From the NCBI GenBank assembly GCA_964438165.1, contig CAYTJV010000045.1, positions 1-22,948 on the forward strand: a stretch of DNA of 22,948 nucleotides, written 5' to 3'. Shown here piece by piece: positions 22,624 to 22,948 of this stretch; position 1 is the stretch's first letter, and each line of letters begins with the position of its first letter. A program made the translations under genes and the position numbers. Below the pieces are notes generated by a model. The model made no database searches. It was not told the origin of the DNA and worked only from the letters and a program-made list of their open reading frames with translations. Source of the stretch: an uncultured Planctomycetaceae bacterium (lineage in GTDB: Bacteria; Planctomycetota; Planctomycetia; Pirellulales; Thermoguttaceae).

Positions 22624-22948
22624 CGGGGCTCCCTAGGGATGACGCGAGTCCGAACAACCTAATCCACGGAGCAATAAATGCCCCCCAATGGGCATAGGTA
22701 CACTTGGTGGACCCCTTAGATGGGGCTCTTTGTATTATCTCCTCATCCAAAGTGTACTGCAATGCCCCGGCCATGCGGATCGAAATGCCTGTTGCCCGGT
22801 TTACTCCGCCGGTCGGATGCCGTTCATCCAATTAACAGGCTTGCGGACATCCCTTCGGAGTTAGCATAGCCACCCTCGCCGGCGTCCCTAACACAGGCGG
22901 GTCAAAGGGATTACACGGGTAAGACCCCTTCCCAAATCTTTACCAAGA

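Noticed and set aside
22624-22948. Possible small RNA gene (tRNA, tmRNA, RNase P or SRP) in the low-GC tail
   Set aside because: I could not find a cloverleaf, a T-loop GTTCRA motif, or the conserved tmRNA, RNase P or SRP boxes by eye. It is left as an unexplained compositional feature.
1-22948. CRISPR array, rRNA, integrase/transposase genes, and direct-repeat-bounded insertion
   Set aside because: There are no regularly spaced direct repeats, no rRNA-like stretches, and no recombinase-like ORFs. The 33-bp palindromes have no flanking target-site duplications that I could see.

Overview
The window is high-GC (roughly two-thirds G+C). Its gene content (Hanks Ser/Thr kinases, an ECF sigma factor paired with a kinase, a caspase-FGE fusion, an FHA zinc-ribbon protein) is typical of Planctomycetota or PVC-like genomes. 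Positions 1-4688 carry four plus-strand genes: the 3' end of a DNA pol III delta-like gene, a low-complexity lipoprotein, a STAS anti-sigma-factor antagonist and a hypothetical membrane-anchored protein. Positions 4691-22623 form a single co-directional minus-strand block of 13 genes.

The centre of that block is a six-gene putative operon (11380 down to 4691) that looks like a bacterial ESCRT-III/Vps4-type membrane-remodelling module. In transcription order it encodes:
- a Snf7-like coiled-coil protein;
- an AAA+ ATPase with an N-terminal MIT-like three-helix domain and the meiotic-clade (Vps4/katanin/spastin) signature;
- an ESCRT-III/CHMP-like protein starting MGLF and ending in an acidic MIM-like tail;
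- a polytopic membrane protein;
- a flotillin/SPFH-like protein with N- and C-terminal zinc ribbons;
- a zinc-ribbon protein with a DUF4384-like C-terminus.

Upstream on the same strand lies a signalling layer:
- an ECF sigma factor tightly coupled to a fusion of a ZAS-motif anti-sigma domain and a Ser/Thr kinase;
- a second Ser/Thr kinase with a glycine-zipper transmembrane tail;
- a small glycine-zipper membrane protein;
- a second zinc-ribbon SPFH paralogue;
- a zinc-ribbon FHA protein;
- a caspase-FGE(SUMF) fusion.

Non-coding structure is unusually rich:
- a perfect 33-bp palindrome (AAACTTCCGAAGTCT-NNN-AGACTTCGGAAGTTT) occurs three times, once in-frame inside the caspase-FGE ORF;
- three sites share an architecture of two self-palindromic arms arranged as a long inverted repeat, two of them in the intergenic junctions of the ESCRT-like operon and one at the lipoprotein 5' end;
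- a G-tract inverted repeat lies between two minus-strand genes.

The many long ORFs antisense to real genes are GC-driven artefacts. No rRNA, tRNA or CRISPR array was found.
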